A stretch of DNA of 64,000 bases. Source: Mobula birostris. Taxonomy: Eukaryota. The notes under the pieces were generated by a model. It made no database searches, was not told the DNA's origin, and worked only from the letters and a program-made list of their open reading frames with translations. Positions 45,901 to 59,689 of this stretch are shown one piece after another. The stretch covers positions 188,388,638 through 188,452,637 of the forward strand of contig NC_092374.1 in NCBI RefSeq assembly GCF_030028105.1, written 5' to 3'. Position 1 is the stretch's first letter. Every line of letters starts with the position of its first letter. Position numbers and translations under genes: made by a program.

Positions 45901-48900
45901 AGACCATAAGACCATAAGACAAAGAAGTAGGCCATTCGGCCCATCGAGTCTGCTCCGCCATTTTATCATGAGCTGATCCATTTTATCCTATTTAGTCCCA
46001 CTGCCTCGCCTTCTCACCATAAACTTTGATGCCCTGGCTACTCAGATACCTATCAATCTCTGCCTTAAATACACCCAATGACTTGGCCTCCACGGCTGCC
46101 CGTGGCAACAAATTCCATAGATTCACCACCCTCTGACTAAAAAAATTTTTTCGCATTTCTGTTCTGAAAGGGCGCCCTTCAATCCTGAAGTCATGCCCTC
46201 TTGTACTAGACTCCCCCATCATGGGAAACAACTTTGCCACATCCACTCTGTCCATGCCTTTTAACATTCAAAATGTTTCTATGAGGTCTCCCCTCATTCT
46301 TCGAAACTCCAAGGAATACAGTCCAAGAGCGGACAAACGTTCCTCATATGTTAACCCTCTCATTCCCAGAATCATTCTAGTGAATCTTCTCTGTACCCTC
46401 TCCAACATCAGCACATCCTTTCTTAAATAAGGAGACCAAAACTGCCCACAGTACTCCAAGTGAGGTCTCACCAGCGCCTTATAGAGCCTCAACATCACAT
46501 CCCTGCTCCTATGCTCTATTCCTCTAGAAGTGAATGCCAACATTGCATTCGCCTTCTTCACTACCGACTCAACCTGGAGGTTAACTTGAAGGGAATCCTG
46601 TACGAGGACTCCCAAGTCCCGTTGCATCTCAGAACTTTGAATTCTTTCCCCATTTAAATAATAGTCTGCCCGTTTATTTTTTCTGCCAAAGTGTATAACC
46701 ATACACTTTCCAACATTGTACTTCATTTGCCACTTCTCTGCCCATTCTTCCAATCTATCCAAGTCTCTCTGCAGACTCTCCGTTTCCTCAGCACTACCGG
46801 CCCCTCCACCTATCTTCGTATCGTCAGCAAACTTAGCCACAAAGCCATCTATTCCATAATCCAAATCGTTGATGTACAATGTAAAAAGAAGCAGCCCCAA
46901 CACTGATCCCTGTGGAACACCACTGGTAACCGGCAGCCAACCAGAATAGGATCCCTTTATTCCCACTCTCTGTTTCCTGCCAATCAGCCAACGCTCTATC
47001 CACGTATGTAACTTTCCTGTAATTCCATGGGCTCTTATCTTGTTAAGCAGCCTCATGTGTAGCACCTTGTCAAAGGCCTTCTGAAAATCCAAATATACAA
47101 CATCCACTGCATCACCCTTGTCTAGCCTACTGGTAATTTCCTCAAAAAATTGTAATAGGTTTGTCAGGCAGGATTTTCCTTTAAGGAATCCACGCTGAAT
47201 TCTGCCTATCTTGTCATATGCCTCCAGGTACTCCGTAACCTCATCCTTGACAATCGACGCCAACAACTTCCCAACCACTGACGTCAAGCTAACAGGTCTA
47301 TAATTTCCTTTTTGCTTCCTTGCCCCCTTCTTAAATAGTGGGGTGACATTTGCAATCTTCCAGTCTTCCGGAACCACGCCAGAATCTATCAACTTTTGAA
47401 AGATCATCGCTAATGCCTCCACAATCTCCACAGCTACTTCCTTCAGAACACGAGGGTGCATTCCATCTGGTCCAGGAGATTTATCGACCTTTAGCCTATT
47501 CAGCTTCCTGAGTACTTTCTCTGTCGTAATTGTGACTGCGCACACTTCTCTTCCCTGCCACCCTTGAGTGTCCGGTATCCTGCTGTCTTCCTCAGTGAAG
47601 GCTGATGCAAAATACTTGTTCAGTTCCTCTGCCATCTCCTCATCTCCCATTACAATTTCTCCAGTATCATTTTCTATCGGTCCTATATCTACTCTCACCT
47701 GTCTTTTACTCTTTATATACTTGAAAAAGCTTTTAGTATCCTCTTTGATATTATTTGCTAGTTTCCTTTCATAGTTAATCTTTTCTCTCTTAATGACCTT
47801 CTTGGTTTCCTTTTGTAAGGTTTTAAAGACTTCCCAATCCTCTGTCTTCCCACTAATTTTTGCTTCCTTGTATGCCCTTTCCTTAGCTTTAACTTCTCTT
47901 GTCAACCACGGTTGCATCCTTTTTCCACTCGAAAATTTCTTCTTTTTTGGAATATACCTGTCTTGCACATTCCTCATTTCTTGCATAAACTCCAGCCACT
48001 GCTGCTCTGCTGTCTTTCCCGCCAGTGTCTCTTTACAGTCAACTTTGGCCAGTTCCTCTCTCACGCCACTATAATTTCCTTTACTCCACTGAAACACCGA
48101 CACATCAGATTTCGGCTTCTCTTTTTCTAATTTCACAGTGAACTCAATCATGTTATGATCACTGCCTCCTAAGGGTTCCTTCACCTCAATCTCTCCAATC
48201 ACCTCCGGTTCATTACACAATACCCAATCCAGTACAGCCGATCCCCTAGTGGGCTCAACAACAAGCTGTTCTAAAAAGCCATCTCGCAGACATTCTACAA
48301 ATTCTCTCTCTTGAGATCCAGTGCCGACCTGATTTTTCCAATCTACTCGCATGTTAAAATCCCCCACAATTATCATAACACTGCCCTTCTGACAAGCCTT
48401 TTCTATTCCCTGCTGTAATTTGTAGTCCACATCCCTGCAGCTGTTTGGAGGCCTATAAATAACTGCCATCAGGGTCCTTTTACCCCTGCTATTCCTTAGC
48501 TCAACCCATAAAGATTCTGCACCTTCTGATCCTATATCACCTCTTTCTAATGATTTAATATCATTTCTTACCAATAAAGCCACTCCTCCCCCTCTGCCTA
48601 CCTTCCTATCCTTCCGATACACCGTGTATCCTTGGACGTTCAGCTCCCAGAGACATGCATCCTTTAGCCAGGTTTCAGTGATGGCCACAATATCATACCT
48701 GCCAATCTGTAGCTGTACAACAAGATCATCCACCTTATTCCTTATGCTGCGTGCATTTAAGTACAGCACCTTAAGACCAGTATTTGATACTTTTTGCTTT
48801 GATTTCACTGCAACTTTATTGCACTGCAACTCATCCCAATGGCTACACAGTTGACCCATCACCTGCCTGTCTTTCCTGACATCTTTACTGCTCACTATCT

Positions 48901-49500
48901 TAGATTTATTTCTGTTTTCCCCTTCCTCCGCTCTATCATTCCGGTTCCCATCCCCCTGCCAAATTAGTTTAAACCCTCCCTAACAGCTCTATTAAACTTT
49001 CCCGCCAGGATATTGGTCCCCTTCGGGTTCAGGTGTGACCTGTCCTTTTTGAACAGGTCATACTTCCCCCAGAAGAGATCCCAATTATCCAAGAATCTGA
49101 AGCCCTGCCCCCTACACCAGTCTCTCAGCCAGGCATTCATTTGTCTGATCCGACTACTCTTGCCCTCGCTAGCACGTGGCACAGGTAGCAATCCCGAGAT
49201 TACTACCCTGGAGGTCCTGCTTCTCAGCTTCCTTCCTAACTCCTGAAAATCTCTCTTCAGGACCTCCTCCTTTGTCCTATCTATGTCATTGGTACCAACA
49301 TGTACCAAGACAACTGGCTGCTCACCCTCCCACTTTAGAATATTCAGGACCCGATCCGAAACATCCCGTACCCTGGCACCTGGGAGGCAACACACCATGC
49401 GGGTATCTCTGTCAGGCTCACAGAATCTCCTGTCTGTTCCCCTGACTATGGAATTCCCTCATGACTACCGCACTTCTCTTCTCTCTCCTTCTCTCCTGCA
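45901..49500 (-). mobile_element. Near-complete CR1 LINE: ORF1 SGNH-esterase fragment, ORF2 endonuclease + RT, 3' UTR, (TATGGTCT)n tail
   Basis: CLPGARV...HVGTNDI (48964-49398); 875-aa ORF with YLNARSI, ITETW, GDFN, SDHN, LDFQKAFDKV, KFADD; frameshift near 46268. Confidence 0.95.
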
Positions 49501-49982
49501 CAACAATGCCAGACTTCACTGTCATTAGGAGCTCTACCCATCTCTTTCTTGAAAGCATCCAGAGAACTGGACTCCACTGCCTTCTGAGGCAGAGCATTCC
49601 ACAGATCCACAACTCTCTGGGTGAAAAAGCTTTTCCTCAACTCCGTTCTAAATGGCCTATCCCTTATTCTCATTATTCACCCAGTTAACGTAAAAGCTGC
49701 GAGATGTTGCAATAGCCATTTATCTGCTGCAGAGAAGAGAATGCACCACCCCTGCCCAGTCTCACCGACTTGTGGTTAGAGGACTGAACTGGAACACAGG
49801 ACATTACAGGCCCTTTGGCCCACAATGTTGGTTTTACTGCCCGTTACACTGCTGGTGTTTAGGGCAGCAATGAAGGTTCTCCATCTCTGGCAGTGTTCAC
49901 AGCTTCCTTCATCATGTCAATAGCTTCCTCTTGGATTTCACTAGGGTTAGTTATCCAAGTCCCATGTGGAGGCTCAGGAATA

Positions 49983-51578
49983 TAGTGGCATGCAAAAGTT
50001 TGGGCACCTCTGGTCAAACTTTCTGTTACTGTGAATAGCTAAGCGAGTAAAAGATGAACTGATTTCCAAAAAGGCATAAAGTTAAAGATGACACATTTCT
50101 TTAATATTTTAATCAAGACAACATTTTTATTTCCATCTTTTACAGCTTCAAAATAACAAAAAAGGAAAAAGGCCCAAAGCAAAAGTTTGGGCACCCTGCA
50201 TGGTCAGTACTTAGTAACACCACTTTTGGCAAGTATGACAGCTTGTAAACACTTTCTGTAGCCAGCTAAGAGTCTTTCAATTCTTGTTTGGGGGAGTTTC
50301 ACCCATTTTTCCTTGCAAAAGGCTTCTAGTTCTGTGAGGTTCTTGGGCCGTCTTGCATGCACTGCTCTTTTGAGGTCTATCCACAGATTCTCGATGATGT
50401 TTAGGTCAGGGGACTGTGAGGGCCATGGCAAAACCTTCAGCTTGTGCCTCCTGAGGAAGTCCATTGTGGATTATGAGGTGTGTCTAGGATCATTATGCTG
50501 TTGTAGAAGCCATCCTCTTTTCATCTTCAGCTTTTTCACAGACGGTGTGATGTTTGCTTCCAGAATTTGCTGGTATTTAATTGAATTCATTCTTTCCTCT
50601 GCCAGTAAATATTACAGGTACCACTGGCTGCAACACAAGCCCAAAGCATGATCGATCCACCCCCTGTGCTTAACAGTTGGAGAGGTGTTCTTTTCATGAA
50701 ATTCTGCACCCTTTTTTCTCCAAACATACCTCTGCTCATTGCAGCCAAAAAGTTCTATTTTAACTTCATCAGTCCACAGGACTTGTTTCCAAAATGCATC
50801 AGGCTTGTTTATATCTTCCTTTGAACCTTTAAAATAGAACATTAGAAAAAATAGAGAAAAAAGGGTGCAGAACTTCATGAAAAGAACACCTCTCCAACTG
50901 TTAAGCACAGGGGTGGATGGATCATGCTTTGGGCTTGTGTTGCAGGCAGTGGCATGGGGAACGTTTCACTGGTAGAGGAAAGAATGAATTCAATTAAATA
51001 CCAGCACATTCTGGAAGCAAACATCATACCGTCTGTAAAAAAGCTGAAGATGAAAAGAGGATGGCTTCTACAACAGCAAAATGATCCTAAACACACCTCA
51101 AAATCCACAATGGACTACCTCAAGAGGCGCAAGCTGAGGTTTGGCCATGGCTCTCACAGTCCCCTGACCTAAACATCATCGAAAATCTGTGGATAGACCT
51201 CAAAAGAGCAGTGCATGCAAGACGGCCCAAGAATCTCACAGAACTAGAAACCTTTTGCAAGGAAAAATGGGTGAAACTCCCCCAAACAAGAATTGAAAGA
51301 CTCTTAGCTGGCTACAAAAAGCATTTATAAGTTGTGATACTTGCCAAAACGGGTGTTACTAAGTACTGACCAGGGTGTCCAAACTTTTGCTTCAGGCCCT
51401 TTTTGTTTTTTGTTATTTTGAAACTGTAAAAGATGGAAATAAAAATGTTTTCGTGCTGAAAATATTAAAGAAATGTGTCATCTTTATGCTTTTTGGAAAT
51501 CAGGTCATCTTTTACTCGCTTAGCTATTCACAGTAACAGAAATTTTGACCGAGGTGCCCAAACTTTTGCATGCCACTG
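49983..51578. mobile_element. Fold-back Tc1 derivative made of two inverted 3' halves
   Basis: TIR CAGTGGCATGCAAAAGTTTGGGCACC at both ends with TA flanks; transposase C-terminus (WPSQSPDLNIIENLW...GVTKY) on minus at 50204-50826 and on plus at ~50857-51369. Confidence 0.9.
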
Positions 51579-51579
51579 T

Positions 51580-54450
51580 AGCTGTAAATACCATTCCCCC
51601 CCCCCCCCCCACCAGCAAGGTACTGCGTGAGGTCTACAGCACCATCAGTGACTTTCAAACCAAACACCCCAATGGTATCTTCATGATTACAGGTGATTTT
51701 AACCATGCAAACCTAAAGGCAGTCCTGCCTAAATTCCACCAACATGTTGAATCTGCTACCAGTTTACATTAACATACCAGCTGCCCATAAAGTAGTCTCT
51801 CAACCCCACAATGGACTCTCAGATCACCAATCTGTAATGTTAATTCCAGCATAACAAACCAGTGATCAAACAGGTCAAACCAGTTCCAAGGGTGGTGAAA
51901 ATCTTGCCTGAGGGGGCAATCTCTACACTGCAGGACTGCCTTGATAATACAAACTGGAGAACGTTCAGCGAGGTTGTTACCTATGGCAACCACGTTAACC
52001 TCAAGGAATACAGTGTTGATAGAAAGTTTGTGAACCCTGTGAAATTTTCTCTATTTCTGCATAAATACGACTTAAAATGTGATCAGATCTTTATGCAAGT
52101 CCTCAAGCTAGATAAAGAGAACCCAATTAAATACATCACACAAAAATACTTCTGTCAAGGCAAAAAGATCCAATATTACATGTATTTTTTGGAAAAAGTA
52201 TGTGAACCTCTGGGCTAATGCCTTCTCCAAATATGGAGTCAGGTGTTCCAATCAATGAGATGAGATTGGAGGTGTGGATTGCAGAGGTGCCTGCCCTATA
52301 AAAAAGACACACAAAGTCAGGCTACTGAAAGCCTGCTCTTCTCAAGAAAGATCTGTTTATGCGTAGCATGCCTCAATGAAAACAACATTCAGAGGACCTT
52401 AGAAGAAGAACTGTAGAGGTGCATGAAGCTGGAAAAGGCTACAAAAGCATTTCTAAAGACCTGAGTGTTCATCAGTCCACAGTAAAATATATTGTCTACA
52501 AATGGAGGAAACTCAGTGCTGTTGCTACTTTTCCTAGGAGTGGGCATCCTGCAAAGATCACACCAAGAGCGCAATGTGCAATGCTGAAGAGGGTGAAAAA
52601 GAACTCGAGGGTAACAGCAAAAGACCCTCAGAAATCTCTAGAACTTAAAGTCTCTGTTCATGTGGTCCCTTTAAGAAAAACACTGAACAGGATGGTGTTC
52701 ATGGAAGGACACCACAGAGGAAACCACTCATCTCCAGAAAGAACATTGCTGCATGTCTCAAGTTTGCAAAAGACCACCTGGATGTTCTATAACAATTCTG
52801 GGACAATGTTCTCTGGACAGATGAGACAAAAGTTGAACCTTTTGGCAGAAATGCACATTGCCATGTTTGGAAGAAAAAGGGCACTGCACACCAACACCAA
52901 AACCTCATCTGAACTGTGGAGCACGGTGGAAGGAGCATCATGGTTTGGGACTACTTTGCTGCCTCAGGGCCTGGACGGTTTGCAATCGTTGAGACAACAA
53001 CAAATTCAAAATGGTACCAAGATATTTTACAGGAGAATGTCAGGGTAGCAGTACGTCACCTGAAGCTCAGTAGAAGTTGGATAATGCAACAAGACAATAA
53101 TCCGAAAGACAAGAGTGAGTCAACAACAGAATGGTTTAAAAAGAAGAAAATTTGTGTTATGGAATGGCCGTCAAAGTCCTGACCTTAATCCTATGCAAAA
53201 TGTTGTGCAAGGACCTGAAGCAAGCAGTTCATGCAAGGAAGCCCACCAACATCCCAGAGTTGAAGCAGTTTTGTACGGAGGAATGATGTCCAACAAGCTG
53301 ATGTGCAGGACTGATCAACAGTTACTGGGAATGTTTGGTTGAAGTTGTTGCTGTACAAGGGGGTCACATCAGTTGCTGAAAGCAAAGGTTCACATACTTC
53401 TTCCAACAAATACATGTCATGATGAAGCATTTTTCTCAATAAATAAATGAATAAACCAGTACAATGTTTTGGCATTATTTATTTAATTGGGTTCTCTTTA
53501 TCTAGCTTTAGGACAACATGAAAAACTGATTACATTTTCGGTCATATTTATGAAGAAACAGAGAAAATTCTACAGGGTTTCCAAACTTTCTAGCAACACT
53601 GTGTACCGATTCTGTGACCAGCCACAGAGAAGTGTACTGAGGATGTTACCATCATGAAACACATCCGGGTGAGGGAAAAATCAGAAGCCATGGCTTACTG
53701 CAGAGGTCCGTGCCTAGCGCCAGTATCCTACCAAAATGACAATCGTCGGCTAGCATTAACATCAATGATTATGAAATGCTTTGAGCGGCTGGTCATGCAG
53801 CCTTTCTCCTGGCTACATTGGATCCGTTCCAGTTCACTTATCGCTCAAATGAATCCACTGACAATGCAATAGCCACAGCTTTCCACTGTCCTGTCCCAAC
53901 TGGAAAACGGGGTCTCATATGCCAGACTGCTGTTTATAGAGTTCAGTTCGGAGTTGAGTTCAACACCATCATAACCTACCCCAGAAACTGGTGGGGAAAC
54001 TGTCCTCGCTTGGTCTCAGCACCTCCTTCTGCAATTGGATACTGGGCATCTTAACAGTAAGGCCACAGTCAGTCCATGTGGACAACAACGTCTCTTGTTC
54101 CATTTCGCCGAGCACTGGCGCTCCCTAAGTCTGAGTGCTCAGCCCACGGCTGTTCACGCCGCTGACACATGACTGTGTCTGTCGCATGATTCCGCTCAAA
54201 CCGTGTCACCGAGTTTGCGGATGACACAACAGTGATCGGCCTTACCAAGAACGTGATGAGATGGAATACAAAGAGGACATGGAGGGGCTGGCGGATAGTG
54301 TGAGAAGAACACCCTAAGCCTGAACACGGAGAAGACAAAGGAAATCATTGTGGACCTCAGGGAGGTGCAGATGAACCATCCCCCTCTGCGAAAACCTGGC
54401 TCCTGTATAGAGAGAGTTAAGTTCACCAAGTTCCTGGGAGTTCACACCAC
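51580..54450 (+). mobile_element. Degenerate Rex1/Babar LINE split by a Tc1 element
   Basis: ITGDFNHANLKAVLP (endonuclease) before the Tc1; IMKCFERLV, DPFQFTYRSNESTDNAI after it. Confidence 0.8.
52011..53601 (+). mobile_element. Tc1/mariner transposon (degenerate)
   Basis: TIR CAGTGTTG...AGAAAGTTTG at both ends, left TA; HEAGKGYKSISK, GRPAKIT-like and EHGGRSIMVW motifs. Confidence 0.93.
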
Positions 54451-54454
54451 AAAT

Positions 54455-56010
54455 GGTCGATGAACCGAGTGAGTATTTTGTAGCAGTCTACACTGTGGAA
54501 GACAATAGTAGTATGCCGGAAGTTCAAGAGTGTCAAGGGGCAAAAGTGAGTGTAGTTGCTATTACAAGGGAGATGGTGTTTGGGAAACAGAAAAGTCTAA
54601 AGCCACCTGGACCTGCCAGACAATACCCCAGGGTTCAAAAAGAGGTAGCTGGTGATTATGGAGGCACTATTAATGACCTTTCAAGAAACAATAGATTCTG
54701 GCATGGATTTGGAGGACTAGAAATTACAAATGTCGCTCTACTCTTCAAGAAGGGAGGAAGACAGAAGAAAGGAAATTATAGGCCAGTTCGCCTGACCTGA
54801 GTGGCTGGGAAAGTGTTGGATTCGATTGTCGGGGATGTAATTTCGGGGAACTTGGAGGCACTTGACAAAATAGGCTAAAGTCACCATAGCTTCCTTAAGT
54901 GAAAAACTGGCATGACAAATCTGTTGGAATTCTTTGAATAATAAGTAGGATAGACGAAGAGAATTGGTGGATGTTGTGTACTTGGATTTTCAGAAGGCCT
55001 TTGACAAGATGTCACACGTAAAGCTGCTAAACAAGATAAGCGCCCAGGGTATCACAGGAAAGGTTCTAGCATTGGCTGAGTGGCAGGAGGCTACGTGTGG
55101 GAATAAAGGGAGCCTTTTTTTGGATTGGCTGCTGGTGACTAGTGGTATTCCACAGGGGTCTGTGTTGGGACCGATTCTTCTACATTGTATGTCAACAATT
55201 CGGATGATGGAATTGATCATTTTTGCAACCAAGTTTGCTGATGATATGAAGATAGATGGAGGGGTAGGTAGTGTTGAGGAAGCAGAGAGGCTGCAGGAGG
55301 ATTTAGACAGATTAGAAGAATGGGCAAAGAGTGGCAGATTGAATACTGTGTCGGGATGTGTATGGGCACACACTTTGGTAGAAGGAATAAAAGTGTAGAC
55401 TACTTTCTAAATGGGAAGAAGATTCAAAAATCTGAGGTGCAATGTGATTTGGGAATCCTCATGCAGGATTCCCAAAAGGTTAATATGCAGGTTGAATCAG
55501 TTGTGAGGAAGGCAAATGAAATGTTAGCATTCATTTCAAGAGGACTACAATATAAACACAAAGATGTAATGCTGAGGCCTGTATAAGGCAAGGGTGAGGC
55601 CTCACAGAGTGGTGTGAGCCGTTTTGAGCACCTTTTCCAAGAAAGAACGTGTTGATACCGGACTGGGATTGGAGTAGGTTCACGAGAATGATTCCAGGAG
55701 GGAAAGAGTAGCGATTGAAGGCTCAGGGCCTGTACTCGCTGGAATTGAGAAGGACTGGGGGTGGTGGGGGAATCTCATTGAATACTGAAAGGCCTAGATA
55801 GTGCAGATGTGAAGAGGCTGCTTACTTTGGTGGGGGAACCTATGACCAGAAGACACAGCCTCAAGATAGAAGGACATCCATTTAGAACAGAGAGAGGGGG
55901 AAGCTCTTTCCCCAGAGGGAGGTGAATCTGTCGAATTTCTTGCCACTGGCAGCTGTGCAGGCCAGGTCACTGGATGCATTTAAGGCGTAGGTTGATAGGT
56001 TCTTGATTAG
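54455..56010 (+). mobile_element. Degenerate CR1 fragment; duplicated at 56870-57890
   Basis: VDVVYLDFQKAFDKM, KFADD; the two copies are near-identical. Confidence 0.88.
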
Positions 56011-56376
56011 TTGGAGCACGTAGGTTATGGGAGAAGCAGAAGAATGGAGTCGAGAGGGAAATGGGTCAGTCATGGTGAAATGGGAGAGCAGACTCAATGG
56101 GCTGAATGGCCTATTTCTGTTCCTATGTCTTATGGAGATCCAGAGTAACACTCACATACACTGGTGCTGGAGGAACTCAGCAGGTCAGGCTGCATTCATG
56201 GAGAGGAATGAACAGGCCACGTTTCAACTTGAGACCCTTCATCAGTATCATTCCTCTCCATAGATGCTGTCTGATGTGCAGAATTCCTGCAGCAATTTGT
56301 GTCTGTTCATGAGAACTTGTCCAAGCTGAACAGCATCCAATCCTAATATAAATGCTCAGTGACACAAGCTACTCAC

Positions 56377-56682
56377 CAAAGATTCGCAAATCTATTTTTC
56401 TCAGCTTTCGACTATTAACGCTGATAGTATAATTTCCCTGGTCACTTGTCTTTAAATTGCTTAATAATAAATCTCCAGTGGACAGATTAAAATTCAAACG
56501 ATCTTTAAAATATTTGTTTGGTTTCACTTCTGGGTGGTTTGGTCCAACATCCAAAATGGTGAACTCGGTTTCATTGTTGCTAGTGAACTTCCACACAACT
56601 TCATGACCATGGAGATTGGCACTGTTTCCAGACTCCAACGAAACATTTGAACCAAGGGCACCCTCAACTTGCTTCATCTCTG
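56377..56682 (-). CDS. Ig V-set exon B (306 nt, cysteine-free, CD2/SLAM/CEACAM N-domain type)
   Basis: (T)n-ccttccttaatgcccag| ... TTTG|gtgagt; phase 1/1; G-x-N-V-x-L, VVWKF, DRL, GDLLLSNL and DQGNY V-set motifs. Confidence 0.93.
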
Positions 56683-57896
56683 CTGGGCATTAAGGAAGGA
56701 AAAAAAAAATCAGTTATGTTGCATCCTTGAAAAAGGTGAAATGTGGGCAGAGTTCAAGGCAAGGTGATATACATAACTAAACAGAAGGCAACTAAAAAAA
56801 ACAGTTTTGCTGGGAGGGGGGGAAAACGATGAAATATGTAGCTAAGCTAGCCTAAAATACCAGTATATTTTCAGATATATAAAAGGAGGCAATAGTAGGA
56901 TTGGACCATTGGAAAACGATGCTGGAGAGATAGTAATGCGGGACAAGAGAAAGGTGGACGAACCGAGTGAGTATTTTCTATCAGTCTTCACTGGGGAAGA
57001 CACCAGTATGCCAGAAGTTCAAGAGTATCAAGGGGCAGAAGTGAGTGCAGTTGCTATTACAAGGGAGATGGTGTTTGGGAAACAGAAATGTCTAAAGTCA
57101 CCTGGTCCTGCCAGAAAATACCCCAGGGTTCAAAAAGAGGTAGCTGAAGAGATTATGGAGGCATTAGTAATGAACTTTCAAGAAATCGATTCTGGCATGG
57201 ATTTGGAGGAAGGAAAATTGAAAAGTCACTCCACTCTTCAAACAGGGAGGGAGGCAGAAGAAAGGAAATTATAGGCCAGTTACCCTAACCTGAGTGGCTG
57301 GGAAAGTGTTGGATTCGATTGTTGGGGATGTAGTTTCAGGGAATTTGAAGGCACACGACAAAATAGGCTAAAGTCAGCATAGCCTTCTTAAGGGAAAATC
57401 TGGCATGACAAATATGTTGGAATTCTTTGAATAATAATTAGGATAGATGAAGAGAATTGGTGGATGTTGTGTACTTGAATTTTCAGAAGGCCTTTGACAA
57501 GATGTCACACGTAAAGCTGCTAAACAAGTTAAGAGCCCAGGGTATCACAGGAAAGGTTCTAGCATTTGCTGAGTGGTAGGAGGCTACGTGTGGGAATAAA
57601 GGGAGCCTTTTTTTGGATTGGATGCTGGTGACTAGTGGTATTCCACAGGGGTCTGTGTTGGGACCGATTCTTCTACATTGTATGTCAACGATTTGGATGA
57701 TGAAATTGATCATTTTATGACCAAGTTTGTGGATGATATGAAGATGGATGGAGGGGTAGGTAGTGTTGAGGAAGCAGAGAGGCTGCAGGAGGCCTTAGAT
57801 TAGAAGAATGGGCAAAGAGGTGGCAGATTGAATACTGTGTCGGGAAGTGTTTGGGCACACACTTTGGAAGAAGGTATAAAAGTGCAGGCTAATACT

Positions 57897-59677
57897 GGGG
57901 TTCCGGTGACGTCATTGCTCAGAATGGCAGCTTAAGTCAACAGCGTCTCCGGAAAAACGCATATTTTGGCCAGTTAATCCATCAAATATAAGATCTTTCG
58001 AAAATATCTGAATTGATAAGGGAAGGCAAGAATGGGGAGAAGGAATGGAGATAAAAAAAGCACCACTGCGGAGCCTTTGGAAGAGAAAGGTACAGCGTGT
58101 GGCTCTCCTACACGTGCATGTGGTGGCGATGCTGACGCTGGGCCTAGTGCAGTCGAAGCGGCAAATTTGAAAAGGATTTTGGAAGAGATAAGGGAAGTTC
58201 AAAAAGATATAAAACAACAACTCAATGATATCCAGTCAGAGCTCGCCAATGTCAATGAGAAAATAACGGTGGCAGAGACTCGAATTGAGAAGATGGAAGA
58301 TCGCATGCAAAATGTGGAACAGATACTAAAAGTAAGACGATAAAAATATTAAATCAACAGGAAAGTAAATTGCTTGACCAGGAGGGAAGATCGCGATGGA
58401 AAAATATCAGGATTTATAATGTTCCCGAAGGAGCGGAGGAATTGTTGATGACAGACTTGTAGACTAGCTGCTGCGGGAAGCGCTGGAGATTCCTCAGACT
58501 ACGGAGATTGAAATTGAAAGGGCGCACCATTCACCTGTCCAGCGGCCTCTCAGAGACAGAGAAGGTAAACCGCGCTCCATAGTACTTAGATTCCTTCGAT
58601 TCAAGAGCAAGGTGGAGATTCTACGAAGGGCCTGGGGTAAGAAGAGGGTATTTTGGAACGGGAAGTTAACATACTTCGATCATGATTACCCCCCGGCGGT
58701 CCTACAGAAACGGAAAGAATATTCCGAAGCAAAACGAATATTAAAGCAAGAAAAGATTAAATTCCAAATCCCATACCCTGCTAAACTGAGGGTATTTTAC
58801 CAAGAAGGGACGCGACTGTACCAGACGGTGGAGGAGGCAACTACAGACATGAACAACAGAGGACTGTCCATTAGCGTGGTCAAACCAAGGGAAAGTCTGG
58901 CTGAGCAGTTATCCCGAACTGCTTGGGAAATAGTAAGAGAACCTGGAAAGCAGGGGACGGAAACAGGACAAGAAAAGGATTTTAGGAGGAGACTGTCAGT
59001 TCTCCGAGGGCAGCCCTCACCTCCTCCAGAAGAGCCATAAGGTTTGGCTAATTTTAAAAGTGCTGATAAACTAAACGGAAGCAAAAATAGACGGTGAGAT
59101 ACCCATCTCGAGAAATACGTGTTATAATGTGGATTTTATATTACTCAATTTTTAAAATTTATTTATTCATTCCTTTTTCCCCACCTAAATGAGAATATAT
59201 ACATGGGAGGAATACACAGGGAAATCATTTCTGTGTAATGGACATCGTTTTTTTTTTAAACTTACTTTTATAGGTACTGCAGCAGGGGCCTCAACCCACG
59301 GGTAGGAGGGGCTATCCCCCACGGCTAGACTTTTCTTCTAGCCCAACCCAGGGTCATCTAGAGACCCCAGCCTTGGAACCACACCTTCGTTACCCTTTTT
59401 TTAAAATTCACTTTTCTTGGTTCTTATTTGTTCAGGGAGTAGATCGATTAAGTTATATTCTGCAAACTTCAATGATATACTAACAGATAAATGAGAGTAA
59501 GACCATATATTTTGGTATATACCTCAAGAATGGTTGAAAAGAGATATAAATATTTGATGAATGTACTGCTGGTGGCTGGTAAAAAGACCCTTACCAGGAA
59601 ATAGTTATCTCAGGAGAGCCCAACTTTAAATGTATGGATGGAAATTACAATGGACATTTACAAAATGGAGAAGATAA
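57897..59677 (+). mobile_element. L1-clade LINE with ORF1 (disrupted) joined to only the last ~150 bp of ORF2
   Basis: 5' GGGGTTCCGGTGACGTCA; coiled coil plus FDHDYP...YPAKLRV (L1 ORF1 C-terminal domain); LLVAGKKTLTRK...WMEITMDIYKMEK at 59560-59677; no RT. Confidence 0.82.
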
Positions 59678-59689
59678 GTTCTTGATTAG

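Noticed and set aside
49680-49730. Candidate extra exon (strong acceptor ttctcttctctgcag) between IgV and TM1
   Set aside because: Its only GT donor gives phase 2, which is incompatible with the phase-1 TM1 exon; the other frame has a stop.
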